A stretch of DNA of 64,000 bases from Eubacteriales bacterium (lineage in GTDB: Bacteria > Bacillota > Clostridia > Oscillospirales > UMGS1783): positions 213,233 to 277,232 of the forward strand of contig JAZQIZ010000001.1 of assembly GCA_045541395.1 (NCBI GenBank), in the 5' to 3' direction. The position numbers and the translations under genes are program-made. Numbering within the stretch: position 1 is the stretch's first letter; the number at the start of each line of letters is the position of its first letter. Below the pieces are notes generated by a model, which was given only the letters and a program-made list of their open reading frames with translations, did no database searches and was not told the DNA's origin. Below are positions 1-11,667 of the stretch, in pieces.

Positions 1-486
1 AATCAGGTTGCCGCAAAATTAAAGGAGATTAAACCAGATTGTAATGTTATAGTCAGCAGTATGACATCTCAACAAGTGCAGCTTGAGAATACTGTTAAGC
101 TAATTACAGGAATTATTACTGCTGTTGCTTCAGTTTCAATGCTGGTAGGCGGATCAGGCATAATGTCAGTAATGCTTTCAAGTATTAATGAGCGTAAAAA
201 AGAAATTGGAATCAAACTTTCTGTAGGAGCAACTGCCTCAGCGATCAAGCGGGAAATTATGCTTGAATCAATTCTTATTACGAACTTTTCCGGTATAATC
301 GGAATTATAATAAGTTATCCTATAGTAATAATTGCATGTAAATATTTGAATGTTTCGGCACAAATACATTTACAAACCATAATTTTTGCCTTGCTTTTTT
401 GCGCATTTATTGGTATTATTTTTAGTATATACCCGGCATCTAAAGCTGCTAAATTAAATCCCATTGAATGTTTAAGGAATGAATGA
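1..486 (+). CDS. ABC transporter permease, FtsX/MacB-type, C-terminal part (5' end outside window)
   Basis: The frame is open from base 1 with no stop before the listed ATG at 61. The product has hydrophobic TM segments and the typical FtsX-family C-terminus (YPASKAAKLNPIECLRNE). Confidence 0.75.
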   Translation, partial: NQVAAKLKEIKPDCNVIVSSMTSQQVQLENTVKLITGIITAVASVSMLVGGSGIMSVMLSSINERKKEIGIKLSVGATASAIKREIMLESILITNFSGIIGIIISYPIVIIACKYLNVSAQIHLQTIIFALLFCAFIGIIFSIYPASKAAKLNPIECLRNE

Positions 487-1211
487 TGAACTATATAGAA
501 AAGCCTCATCTTCCCTTCGCCAGAATAAATTTTGCTATAATGCAGAATTATAATTTAAATATTCCTTTCAGTATAATTCCAACTGTTTGCTGTAGTGAAC
601 TTCCTACGCCTGAACAGTTTCATGCCGATTTGCAGATAATACATTTGGGTGAAGATTTGTTTGTTTGCAGTCCAACTGTATTTGATTATTACAATAATAC
701 TCTTATCGGTGCACGTTTAATTATGGGAGATAAGTCTTGTAATTATTCTTACCCTGATAACGTATTATACAACGCTGCTATTGTAGGAAATAAGATGTTT
801 GGAAAATTATCTTGTCTTGATAGAAAGGTTCTGGAATGCGCAAAAGAAAATGGACTTGATCTTGTTAATGTTAAACAGGGTTATACCAAATGCTCAACTG
901 CGATCATTAGTGAAAATGCAGTTATTACATCTGATCATGGTCTTGCTGAATTATATCGAAATAATAATATTGATGTGTTATTGATATCAGATGGTAATAT
1001 TAATCTGCCCGGGTATAATTACGGATTCATAGGAGGTTGCTGTACAAAAATTTCAAACGATGTTCTATGGTTTACCGGCAATATTAGTGCTCATCCGGAT
1101 TATACACAAATACTTAATTTTTGCAAAAAATACGGTTGCGACTTATGCTTTGATGAAAATAATCCTCTTACTGATATCGGATCAATTATTCCGATAGCAT
1201 ATCATATTTGA
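483..1211 (+). CDS. conserved hypothetical protein, possibly guanidino-modifying-enzyme (amidinotransferase-like) fold
   Basis: 242-aa ORF overlapping the upstream stop by 4 nt. It is soluble and Cys-rich, with a C-terminal GFIGGCCTKIS motif resembling the catalytic-Cys loop of GME-fold enzymes. No firm family assignment is possible by eye. Confidence 0.35.
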   Translation: MMNYIEKPHLPFARINFAIMQNYNLNIPFSIIPTVCCSELPTPEQFHADLQIIHLGEDLFVCSPTVFDYYNNTLIGARLIMGDKSCNYSYPDNVLYNAAIVGNKMFGKLSCLDRKVLECAKENGLDLVNVKQGYTKCSTAIISENAVITSDHGLAELYRNNNIDVLLISDGNINLPGYNYGFIGGCCTKISNDVLWFTGNISAHPDYTQILNFCKKYGCDLCFDENNPLTDIGSIIPIAYHI

Positions 1212-1249
1212 AATTCTATCATATAATTAAATATAGGTGGTGAATTCCT

Positions 1250-1939
1250 ATGTTTAATTACAGGAAGAAGATAAAAACAAAAAGAATATTATTAGTAGCT
1301 GGATTTCTGGGATTATCTATCCTTATTTTCCTGTTATATATCATTAATTTTAGGCTTACACCAATGGTTAAGCCGATTGCTGTTTCAAAAGCAAAATCTT
1401 TAGCATCAAAGGCAATAAACACTGCAGTTGAAAATGAATTGAAAAATACCAATATAAACTATGATGATCTTATTGCTTTTACATACGATACCGAAAACCG
1501 AGTTACTTCATTAAAAACAAATTCATTGGAAATTAATAAGCTTAAATCCGGTTTGTCGGTTGCAATTCTTAACGAAATATCAAATCTTGATAATACAACT
1601 GTAAGCATATATTTAGGAGATATTATAAGCGGCGAATTATTCTCTAAAAAAGGTCCTAAGTTCAACGTTGTTTTAACTCCTGTTGGTTCTGTTGAAACGG
1701 ATATTGAAAATACTTTTATGTCTGCCGGTATTAACCAAACAAGACATCAGTTAAATATTAAAGTTATAGCAACTGTTGGTATTATAATGCCAACATATAC
1801 TGAATATGCTGACGTTACAACCAGCGTAACTATCGGTGAATCTGTACTTTTAGGTGCAGTACCGGATAATTATACTAACGTAGGAACAACAGATAATGAT
1901 CTGAACGTTTGGGATGAACTGAATGATTATATTGAATAG
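1250..1939 (+). CDS. yunB: sporulation protein YunB
   Basis: GGTGG RBS. The product has an N-terminal TM anchor and a ~200-aa domain whose length and pattern match YunB family proteins of spore formers. Confidence 0.7.
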   Translation: MFNYRKKIKTKRILLVAGFLGLSILIFLLYIINFRLTPMVKPIAVSKAKSLASKAINTAVENELKNTNINYDDLIAFTYDTENRVTSLKTNSLEINKLKSGLSVAILNEISNLDNTTVSIYLGDIISGELFSKKGPKFNVVLTPVGSVETDIENTFMSAGINQTRHQLNIKVIATVGIIMPTYTEYADVTTSVTIGESVLLGAVPDNYTNVGTTDNDLNVWDELNDYIE

Positions 1940-1942
1940 TGA

Positions 1943-3925
<1,983 letters not shown>

Positions 3926-3930
3926 AAAAG

Positions 3931-3958
3931 AGCTCTCATATTGAGAGCTCTTTTTTTA
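3931..3958. terminator. bidirectional rho-independent terminator between ligA and the convergent kinase-like gene
   Basis: Stem gagctctca / tgagagctc with a 3-nt loop, flanked by an A-run upstream and a T-run downstream. Confidence 0.8.
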
Positions 3959-5071
3959 ATATAAAACAGAAAACTCAGTTTTTGCGAGATTATTAATAAA
4001 TGAGAAATCAGGGTTTATAGGATCACATCTGAAAGTAACATACTTACTTGATTGATAAACTGGCATAAATATATGAATTTTAGTTCCTTCTTTAGCGTTT
4101 GATGTGAATTTCATGCTGCCTTTAAATCTGTTTATAATAGTATTTGCTACGTATAAGCCAAAATAAGTTTTACCGTGCTCGTTAAGGCTGTCACCATGCA
4201 TTACTGTTTTAGCTGTTGGTTCATCGATCATAATTCTATTGGAATATATGTCAATATCCACGTCAGAAATATATGCATTTATATCAATATGTATAGTTGT
4301 ATTTTCCCTTGAAGACAATTGAAGAAGATTTGTGATTATGTTCAGTAAAGCTTTTGCCATATATTTATTATCACAGTATATAGAAGCATTATCAGTATTT
4401 GTCGTTACTTTAAAAGTTGCTTTCTTAGGGAGCTTCATGCTGTTGTATTCTTTTACAATTTCCTGAACGATAGTATAAATATTAAAATAGTCCTTCTTAT
4501 CAGGCCATATATCATTCATAAAGTTAATTAGTAAATCAATATTTTGTTGCAATCTGTTGTTTTTCAAAATACCTATTGCAATATCGTCGACCCTATTGCA
4601 AATATCTTCTTTATTGATATCGTTAAGAGACTTGATTTCCATAAGCTTATCAAAAGTGATTTCGTTAGCTCTTAATGACTCTTTTAAACTGGAAAGAATC
4701 AAAGAAATTGCGCCAAAATGCTTTTCTTCTTCAAGATTAGATCCTTTTATTGCAATTGCAAAACAATAATAGTTACCGGAATAAACACATCGCATCCATT
4801 TGAGATATATAGTGTATTGATCAAATGCATTTTTTCGGTAATATAAAGAAACATCCGTTTTGTTTTTAACTGATTCCAGCAGTAATTTTAGATTATTAAT
4901 ATCTAGTAGATCCTCAAATCTTTTATCGTAATTCAGATCACAGATAAAATTATAATTTGCAGCTATTGGATTCAAATTGAAATCAAAGATACCAACCGGA
5001 GTAGTGATAGAGAATATAACTCTTTTAATTTCATCAAGAGGGAAGTATATTTTTTTCTTCATTATAGTCAT
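3956..5071 (-). CDS. soluble histidine-kinase-like protein (PAS-like N-terminus, degenerate HATPase_c)
   Basis: There is no TM segment. It has a candidate H-box (EEKHFGAISLILSSL), an N-box-like KALLNIITNLLQLS and a G2-like GKTYFGLYVANTIINRFKGSM, but no clear DxGxG G1 box. The start codon is uncertain (5071 or 5062). Confidence 0.55.
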   Translation of the reverse strand: MTIMKKKIYFPLDEIKRVIFSITTPVGIFDFNLNPIAANYNFICDLNYDKRFEDLLDINNLKLLLESVKNKTDVSLYYRKNAFDQYTIYLKWMRCVYSGNYYCFAIAIKGSNLEEEKHFGAISLILSSLKESLRANEITFDKLMEIKSLNDINKEDICNRVDDIAIGILKNNRLQQNIDLLINFMNDIWPDKKDYFNIYTIVQEIVKEYNSMKLPKKATFKVTTNTDNASIYCDNKYMAKALLNIITNLLQLSSRENTTIHIDINAYISDVDIDIYSNRIMIDEPTAKTVMHGDSLNEHGKTYFGLYVANTIINRFKGSMKFTSNAKEGTKIHIFMPVYQSSKYVTFRCDPINPDFSFINNLAKTEFSVLY

Positions 5072-5170
5072 TCCATTAAATTTTTTGTTCTGATTTATTC
5101 ATATTATATACCTAATTTACAATAATTAAAAGGAAAATATCAAAAATAATGCAAATAACAAAAATATATC

Positions 5171-5199
5171 TTGCAAAAATTAAAAAAATAAGGTATAAT
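5171..5199 (+). promoter_or_regulatory. sigma-A type promoter of gap
   Basis: TTGCAA, a 17-nt spacer, then TATAAT. AAGGAGG RBS at 5214-5220. Confidence 0.6.
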
Positions 5200-5223
5200 A
5201 TGTGCTGAATTTTAAGGAGGTAA

Positions 5224-6246
<1,023 letters not shown>

Positions 6247-6255
6247 TTATAATTT

Positions 6256-6283
6256 GGACCGCAATTATTTGCGGTCCTTTTTT
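6256..6283 (+). terminator. rho-independent terminator of gap
   Basis: Stem ggaccgc / gcggtcc followed by TTTTTT. Confidence 0.8.
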
Positions 6284-6340
6284 GTGATTAATCAGGTAAT
6301 TGTATTATTAATTTGCATTAAAAATATTCAAATTTGACCC

Positions 6341-6371
6341 CTGGTTTGGTATTTTAGAAACTGGTATACCT
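6341..6371 (+). promoter_or_regulatory. candidate GntR/FadR-type operator half-sites
   Basis: CTGGTTTGGTAT plus CTGGTATACC, which contains the 8-bp palindrome GGTATACC at 6363-6370. These resemble the TGGT-N-ACCA cores of FadR-subfamily operators. The site lies ~50 nt upstream of the -35, so the call is weak. Confidence 0.2.
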
Positions 6372-6419
6372 TAAAACCATATAACAATAAATGTTTTATA
6401 AAAACCGATTATTTAACTG

Positions 6420-6448
6420 TTGAAATAGGAGTTGTATACTGATATAAT
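6420..6448 (+). promoter_or_regulatory. sigma-A type promoter of the GntR regulator gene
   Basis: TTGAAA, a 17-nt spacer, then TATAAT. Confidence 0.55.
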
Positions 6449-6484
6449 CAAGTTGTAATATTGTGTACCAAAAAGGAGAAACCT

Positions 6485-7174
6485 ATGTTACAGCCAGTAA
6501 AGAAATCCCGTTTATCAAGTGAAGTAATAGATCAGATATCTCAGTCTATTTTGAAAGGCGATTATAAGCCGGGACATAAACTTCCGCCTGAGCGTGAAAT
6601 TGCAAATCAGCTTGGGGTTAGCCGTACTGTTGTAAGAGAAGCTCTTCGTTCTCTGGAAATTATGGGGCTTGTTGAATCTCAAGTTGGCGGAGGTACTTAC
6701 GTTAAGGAATATACAGCTGAGCACGTATTGGATCCAATTGCTAATTATTTTTCATCAGATGATTGTTTTGTTGATGAAATCGTTGAAACCCGTTTATTGC
6801 TCGAGCCTGAAATGGTGAAGCTTGCGGCTCAAAGAGCAACCGAAGATGATATTGCTCTTATTGAAAATACTATTAAGCAAATGGAGGATGAGCTTGCTTC
6901 CGGTCTTTCAGGTATTAACGGTGATACTGCATTTCATTTTGCGCTTGCAAGTGCAGCTCATAACAGCGCAATTTTAAAGATTCTTTCTGTAATTGCAGAT
7001 CTTCTTCATTATAATATGAAAGCTTCTTTGCAGGCTGTTCCTGATCAGGGAATTACCATTCAGGGTCACAAGCGCATTTTACAGGCCCTTAAGGAAAAGA
7101 ATCCTGAACTTGCTAAGCGCTATATGATAGAACATCTTGAAATCAGTTTTTCAAGAATTAAGGGTAAGAACTAA
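6485..7174 (+). CDS. GntR-family transcriptional regulator, FadR subfamily (LldR/PdhR/GlcC-like, FCD domain)
   Basis: N-terminal winged HTH (LPPEREIANQLGVSRTVVREALRSLE) and a C-terminal all-helical FCD-like domain. AAGGAGA RBS precedes the ATG at 6485, so the listed upstream start at 6461 is unlikely. Confidence 0.85.
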   Translation: MLQPVKKSRLSSEVIDQISQSILKGDYKPGHKLPPEREIANQLGVSRTVVREALRSLEIMGLVESQVGGGTYVKEYTAEHVLDPIANYFSSDDCFVDEIVETRLLLEPEMVKLAAQRATEDDIALIENTIKQMEDELASGLSGINGDTAFHFALASAAHNSAILKILSVIADLLHYNMKASLQAVPDQGITIQGHKRILQALKEKNPELAKRYMIEHLEISFSRIKGKN

Positions 7175-7206
7175 ATTTGTTTTCCAATTAAGAGGCTGTG
7201 ATTATT

Positions 7207-7234
7207 TTGTCATAGTCTCCTAATCGCGTATATA
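7207..7234 (+). promoter_or_regulatory. candidate internal promoter ahead of the aldehyde dehydrogenase gene
   Basis: TTGTCA, a 16-nt spacer, then TATATA, in the 93-nt gap between the regulator and the first enzyme gene. Confidence 0.3.
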
Positions 7235-7267
7235 AATAATTTATTATATCTAATGGAGGAAAGTGTT

Positions 7268-8629
7268 ATGGACGCTAAGGAAAAAATTTCTGTATTAATT
7301 GAGAAGGCTAAAGTCGCTCAGAAGCAGTTCGAAAGCTTTAACCAGGAACAGGTTGATGCATGCGTAAAGGCAATCGCAAAGGTTGTTTACGACAATGCTG
7401 AAATGTTCGCTAAGATGGCTGTCGAAGAAACCAGAATGGGCGTATACGAGGATAAGATCAAGAAGAACCTCGGTAAGTCTAAGGTTATCTGGAACAACCT
7501 CAAGACTAAGAAGTCTGTTGGTATTATTGAAACTGATGAAGAAACAGGTATTACACTTGTTGCTCGTCCTGTAGGTATAGTTGGTGCTATCACTCCTTGC
7601 ACTAACCCCATCGTTACTCCCATGTGCAACGCTATGTTTGCTTTCAAGGGCAGAAACGCTATTATTATTGCTCCGCATCCCAGAGCTAAGAAGTGCACAG
7701 CTGAAATCAAGAGACTTTTTGATGAAGCTCTCGCAAAAGTTGGCGCTCCCGAAAATATCTTCCAGTATGTTGAAGATTGCCGTGTTGAGGATTCTGCTGA
7801 ACTTATGAAGGAAGTTGACGTTGTTGTTGCTACCGGCGGTATGGGTATGGTTAAGGCAGCTTACTCTTCCGGTAAGCCTGCATACGGCGTTGGCGCTGGT
7901 AACGTTCAGGGTATTATTGATGATGATGTTGATATCGCATTTGCAGTATCCAACCAGATCGAATCCCGTAAGTTTGATAATGGTATTATCTGCTCCGGTG
8001 ACCAGACTTGTATTGCTCCTGCATCTAAGTATGATGAAATCATGGCTGAATTTGTTAAGCAGGGCTGCGTATTTGTTAACGATGCTGAAACCAGAGAAAA
8101 GCTTGTTAACGCTATATTCCCCGGCGGTGTTATGAATAAGGATCTCGTTGGTCAGTCTACTGCTAAGATCGCTGAAGCTGCTGGCATTGAAATTCCTGAA
8201 GGCACTAAGGTTATTCTTATTGAAGCTGAAGGTTATGGCGCCGGTCACCTTCTTTCCAAGGAAAAGATGTGTCCCGTTATGTCTACTTATAAGTATGACA
8301 CATTCGAAGAAGCTGTTGCTATTGCACAGGCTAACCTCGAAGTTGAAGGCCGTGGCCATTCTTGCGGCATTCAGTCCAACAACGAAGAACATCTTCTCTA
8401 TGCAGGTGAAAAGCTTGAAGTTGCCCGCGTAGTTGTAAACCAGATCTGTTCTACCTCCAACGGTGGTGCTTTCACTAACGGTCTTGCTCCTACAACAACT
8501 CTTGGCTGCTGCTCTTGGGGTAATAACTCCATTTCCGAGAACTTCGACTATAAGTTCCTTATCAACTACATCAGAGTTGCACGTCGCATCTCCAGACCTA
8601 TTCCTACCGATGAAGAAATGTGGGGTTAA
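7268..8629 (+). CDS. CoA-acylating aldehyde dehydrogenase, closest in pattern to Clostridium kluyveri SucD (succinate-semialdehyde dehydrogenase, acylating)
   Basis: It tracks the recalled C. kluyveri SucD sequence over its full length: LIEKAKVAQK, VVYDNAEMFAK.AVEET.MGVYEDK, TNP.VTPMCNAM, YDNGIICS, KEKMCPV...YDTFEEAV.IA.AN, TTTLGC.SWG.NSISEN, EE.WG at the C-terminus. GGAGGA RBS precedes the ATG at 7268. Confidence 0.8.
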   Translation: MDAKEKISVLIEKAKVAQKQFESFNQEQVDACVKAIAKVVYDNAEMFAKMAVEETRMGVYEDKIKKNLGKSKVIWNNLKTKKSVGIIETDEETGITLVARPVGIVGAITPCTNPIVTPMCNAMFAFKGRNAIIIAPHPRAKKCTAEIKRLFDEALAKVGAPENIFQYVEDCRVEDSAELMKEVDVVVATGGMGMVKAAYSSGKPAYGVGAGNVQGIIDDDVDIAFAVSNQIESRKFDNGIICSGDQTCIAPASKYDEIMAEFVKQGCVFVNDAETREKLVNAIFPGGVMNKDLVGQSTAKIAEAAGIEIPEGTKVILIEAEGYGAGHLLSKEKMCPVMSTYKYDTFEEAVAIAQANLEVEGRGHSCGIQSNNEEHLLYAGEKLEVARVVVNQICSTSNGGAFTNGLAPTTTLGCCSWGNNSISENFDYKFLINYIRVARRISRPIPTDEEMWG

Positions 8630-8636
8630 TTGAATT

Positions 8637-9800
8637 ATGGATTTAATGGAATTTAAAGCGAGAGAACTGTTTGAAATGGCAGGCCTGCCCGTTAAAAAGG
8701 GTGTAGTAGGCGAAACCGTTGAAGAATTAGTTGCCGCAATTGAAGCAAACAAAGAAATTACTTTTCCTTTAGTATGTAAAGCTCAGGTTCAGGTTGGTGG
8801 CCGCGGTAAAGCAGGCGGTATTAAAATGGCTGATAATATGGATCAGCTTAAGGAAGTTGCAGGCCAGATCCTTGGTATGGATATTAAGGGTCACATCGTA
8901 AAGCGTCTTATGGCTGTTGAAAAGGCAGAAATCACTAAAGAATTCTATCTTTCTATTATGCTTGACAGACTTACAAAGTGCCCCCTCGTTATCTTCTCTA
9001 CTCAGGGTGGTATGGATATCGAAGAAGTTTCTAAGACTACTCCCGAACTTATTCATAAAATACCTGTTAATCCTCTTTCCGGCATGACCAAAGAAGTTAC
9101 TTCTGACCTTGCTCAGAAAGCAGGCGTTGAAGGTAAAACTGCTGAACAGTTTGAAGAAGTTCTTGTTAAACTTTATGACTTCTTTATGGCGCGTGACTGT
9201 ATGCTCGCAGAAATCAACCCCTTAGCTATCGATTGCGAAGGCAATATCCTCGCTCTCGACGGTAAGGTTTCTGTTGACGACAGCGCTCTTTACAGACAGC
9301 CCGAAGTTGCAGAATTCAAGAAGAGCCTTGAAAAGGATGAGGATGAACTCATTAAAGAAGCTCGTGACTGGAATTTCCTTTACATTCCTTGTGATTCCAA
9401 GGGTACTATTGCTGTTTCCAGTAACGGTTCCGGTATGCTTATGTCTTGTATGGACAGAATCCATGACAATGGCATGGTAGTATACGCTGGTCTTGACTTA
9501 GGTGGCGGCGCAACTGCTGAAAAGATTAAAGAAGCTATCCGTATCATCTCTACTGGTGATCAGGTTAAGGCTATCTTCATCAACATCTTCGGCGGCATCA
9601 CCAGATGCGACGAAGTTGCAGGCGGTGTTAGACTTGCTAAGGAAACCTATGGTATTGATAAGCCTATCGTTATCAGATTCGAAGGCACTAACAAAGACAA
9701 GGGTCTTGAAATCATTCAGGGTCTTGACAATGTTATCTATGCAGACGGCCTTATTCAGGGCGTTGAGGAACTCGTTAAAAGGAGAGATCAGTTAGTATGA
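8637..9800 (+). CDS. sucC: ADP-forming succinate--CoA ligase beta subunit-like (ATP-grasp)
   Basis: It has the SucC pattern M.L.E...K.LF, KAQV..GGRGKAGGIK, EINPL, LDGK...DD.AL.RQP and NIFGGITRCD. The loop equivalent to IGCMVNGAGLAM is divergent (IAVSSNGSGMLM), so the acyl substrate is not certain. Confidence 0.8.
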   Translation: MDLMEFKARELFEMAGLPVKKGVVGETVEELVAAIEANKEITFPLVCKAQVQVGGRGKAGGIKMADNMDQLKEVAGQILGMDIKGHIVKRLMAVEKAEITKEFYLSIMLDRLTKCPLVIFSTQGGMDIEEVSKTTPELIHKIPVNPLSGMTKEVTSDLAQKAGVEGKTAEQFEEVLVKLYDFFMARDCMLAEINPLAIDCEGNILALDGKVSVDDSALYRQPEVAEFKKSLEKDEDELIKEARDWNFLYIPCDSKGTIAVSSNGSGMLMSCMDRIHDNGMVVYAGLDLGGGATAEKIKEAIRIISTGDQVKAIFINIFGGITRCDEVAGGVRLAKETYGIDKPIVIRFEGTNKDKGLEIIQGLDNVIYADGLIQGVEELVKRRDQLV

Positions 9801-10675
9801 GTATTATGATTGATAAAGATACCCGTCTTATTGTACAGGGTATGACCGGTCGTGAAGGTTCCTTCCACACCGAACAGATGCTTGCTTATGGCACTAATGT
9901 TGTTGCAGGCGTAACCCCCGGCAAGGGCGGTCAGGAATTATTTGGTATTCCTGTTTTTAATACTGTAAAAGAAGCTATGGAAGCTACAAATGCTAACGCA
10001 TCTGTAATCTTCGTTCCTGCAAAATTCTCTAAGGCTAGTATCGTTGAAGCCATCGAAGCAGGCGTCCCCAATATTTTCACTATTGCTGAACACGTTCCTG
10101 TTCACGATATGATGTATGTATATCATCTTGCAAGACAGAAGGGTGTTCGCGTTGTTGGTCCTAACTCCTTCGGCGTAATTTCTCCCGGCAAGACCAAGGC
10201 TGGTTTTATGTCTCATAAGATGTTTATGCCCGGTCCTGTAGGTCTTATGTCTCGTTCTGCTACCAACTGCTATGAAACCGTTCTTATGCTTACTCAGGCA
10301 GGCATAGGTCAGAGCACATGTGTTGGTGTTGGCGGCGATATGATCCCCGGTTCTACTTTTATGGACGTTCTTCCTCTCTTTGAAGAAGATCCCGAAACCA
10401 AGGTTGTTATTATGATTGGTGAAATTGGCGGTAACGAGGAAGAACTTGTTGCTGAATATCTTAAGAAGAACGGTATGAAGAAGCCCGTAGTTGCACTTAT
10501 CGCTGGTAAGAACGCTCCTAAGGGCAGAAGTATGGGTCATGCTGGCGCTATCGTTTCTGCTGACGGTACCGGTTCTGCTGAAAACAAGGAAAAGGTTCTT
10601 AAGGAAGCCGGCGTTATTATCGCTGAAACCACTACTCATATCGTAGGTATAGTAAACGAACTTCTTAACAAGTAA
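9797..10675 (+). CDS. sucD: succinate--CoA ligase alpha subunit-like
   Basis: [12 protein letters not shown] CoA-binding motif and the phosphohistidine loop SMGHAGAIV. It overlaps the beta subunit gene by 4 nt. Confidence 0.85.
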   Translation: MSIMIDKDTRLIVQGMTGREGSFHTEQMLAYGTNVVAGVTPGKGGQELFGIPVFNTVKEAMEATNANASVIFVPAKFSKASIVEAIEAGVPNIFTIAEHVPVHDMMYVYHLARQKGVRVVGPNSFGVISPGKTKAGFMSHKMFMPGPVGLMSRSATNCYETVLMLTQAGIGQSTCVGVGGDMIPGSTFMDVLPLFEEDPETKVVIMIGEIGGNEEELVAEYLKKNGMKKPVVALIAGKNAPKGRSMGHAGAIVSADGTGSAENKEKVLKEAGVIIAETTTHIVGIVNELLNK

Positions 10676-10698
10676 TTATATTCGGAGGTGTATATATA

Positions 10699-11667
10699 AT
10701 GACTAAACAGCAATACTTAGACACTCTCCTTATGATGTATAAAATCAGAGATTTCGAAATGACTGCCGTTAGATTCTTCGAGCAGAATATTCTCAGAGGT
10801 TCTGTACATCTTTGCGTGGGTGAAGAAGCTGGCCCTGCTACAATGGCTAACTTCATTACAGATAACGACTATATCACATCTACTCACCGTGGTCACGGTC
10901 ACTGCATCGCTAAGGGTGCCAGACTTGACAGAGCCATGTGCGAATTGATGGGTAAGAATGACGGTTATTGCAACGGTCGTTCCGGTTCTATGCATATCGC
11001 TGACTTTGAAAAGGGTAACTTAGGCGCAAACGCTATCGTTGGCGGCGGCTATCCTATCGCTGTTGGCGCTGGTCTTGGTATCAAGATGCAGGGCAGAAAT
11101 GACGTTGTAGTATGCTGGAGTGGTGACTCTGCTACTAACGAAGGTACTTTCCATGAAGCACTCAATATGGCTGCTATCTGGAAGCTCCCCGTTATTTTCG
11201 TAGTTGAAAACAACCTTTACGGTATTTCTGTTCCTCAGTGGCAGTCTACTTCCGTTAAGGATCTTTCTGTACGTGCTAAGTCCTACAATATGCCCGGTGT
11301 TACCGTAGACGGCAACGATGTTGTTGCTCTTGCTAAGGTATTCGAAAAGGCAGTTAAGGATTGCCGTGCAGGTAAAGGCCCCATCCTTATTGAAACTAAG
11401 ACTTACCGTTGGCTCGGTCACTGGACCGGCGACCCCACACCTTACAGAACTAAGGAAGAGGTTGAAGAATGGAAGGCTAAGTGCCCCATCAAGCGTTTGC
11501 GTGAATACCTTATCGCTGAACAGGGCTGCACTGAAGAAGAGCTCAATGCTATTGAAAAGGCTGCTGAGGAAGAAATGGCAGCAGCTGCTGAATATGCTCT
11601 CAATGCTCCCGAGCCTGATCCCGCATTCGTTATGAACGATGTATTTTATGAGGGAGGTAACGAATAA
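10699..11667 (+). CDS. TPP-dependent dehydrogenase E1 alpha subunit, acetoin/pyruvate type
   Basis: TSTHRGHGHCIAKG and GSMHIAD..KGNLGANAIVGGG, as recalled for AcoA-type E1 alpha. TPP motif GDSATNEGTFHEALNMA...VVENN. GGAGGTG RBS. Confidence 0.85.
   Translation: MTKQQYLDTLLMMYKIRDFEMTAVRFFEQNILRGSVHLCVGEEAGPATMANFITDNDYITSTHRGHGHCIAKGARLDRAMCELMGKNDGYCNGRSGSMHIADFEKGNLGANAIVGGGYPIAVGAGLGIKMQGRNDVVVCWSGDSATNEGTFHEALNMAAIWKLPVIFVVENNLYGISVPQWQSTSVKDLSVRAKSYNMPGVTVDGNDVVALAKVFEKAVKDCRAGKGPILIETKTYRWLGHWTGDPTPYRTKEEVEEWKAKCPIKRLREYLIAEQGCTEEELNAIEKAAEEEMAAAAEYALNAPEPDPAFVMNDVFYEGGNE

Noticed and set aside
7175-7252. Imperfect inverted repeat (gaggctgtga ... gtcatagtctc) after the GntR gene as a terminator separating the regulator from the enzyme genes.
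   Set aside because: The stem has several mismatches and no following T-run. It overlaps the candidate internal promoter, so it is not convincing as a terminator.
7295-8752. 485-aa minus-strand ORF, the longest of a series of long antisense ORFs (also 9938-10639, 11020-11688, 13338-14324, 14880-15713, 16149-16892).
   Set aside because: Each lies opposite a plus-strand gene with unmistakable family motifs and is in exact codon register with it. The open frame is therefore a by-product of the sense genes avoiding TTA/CTA/TCA codons. The translations are low complexity (Ser/Asn/Phe-rich), have no RBS and match no recognisable family. The pattern is kept as a codon-bias observation, not as genes.
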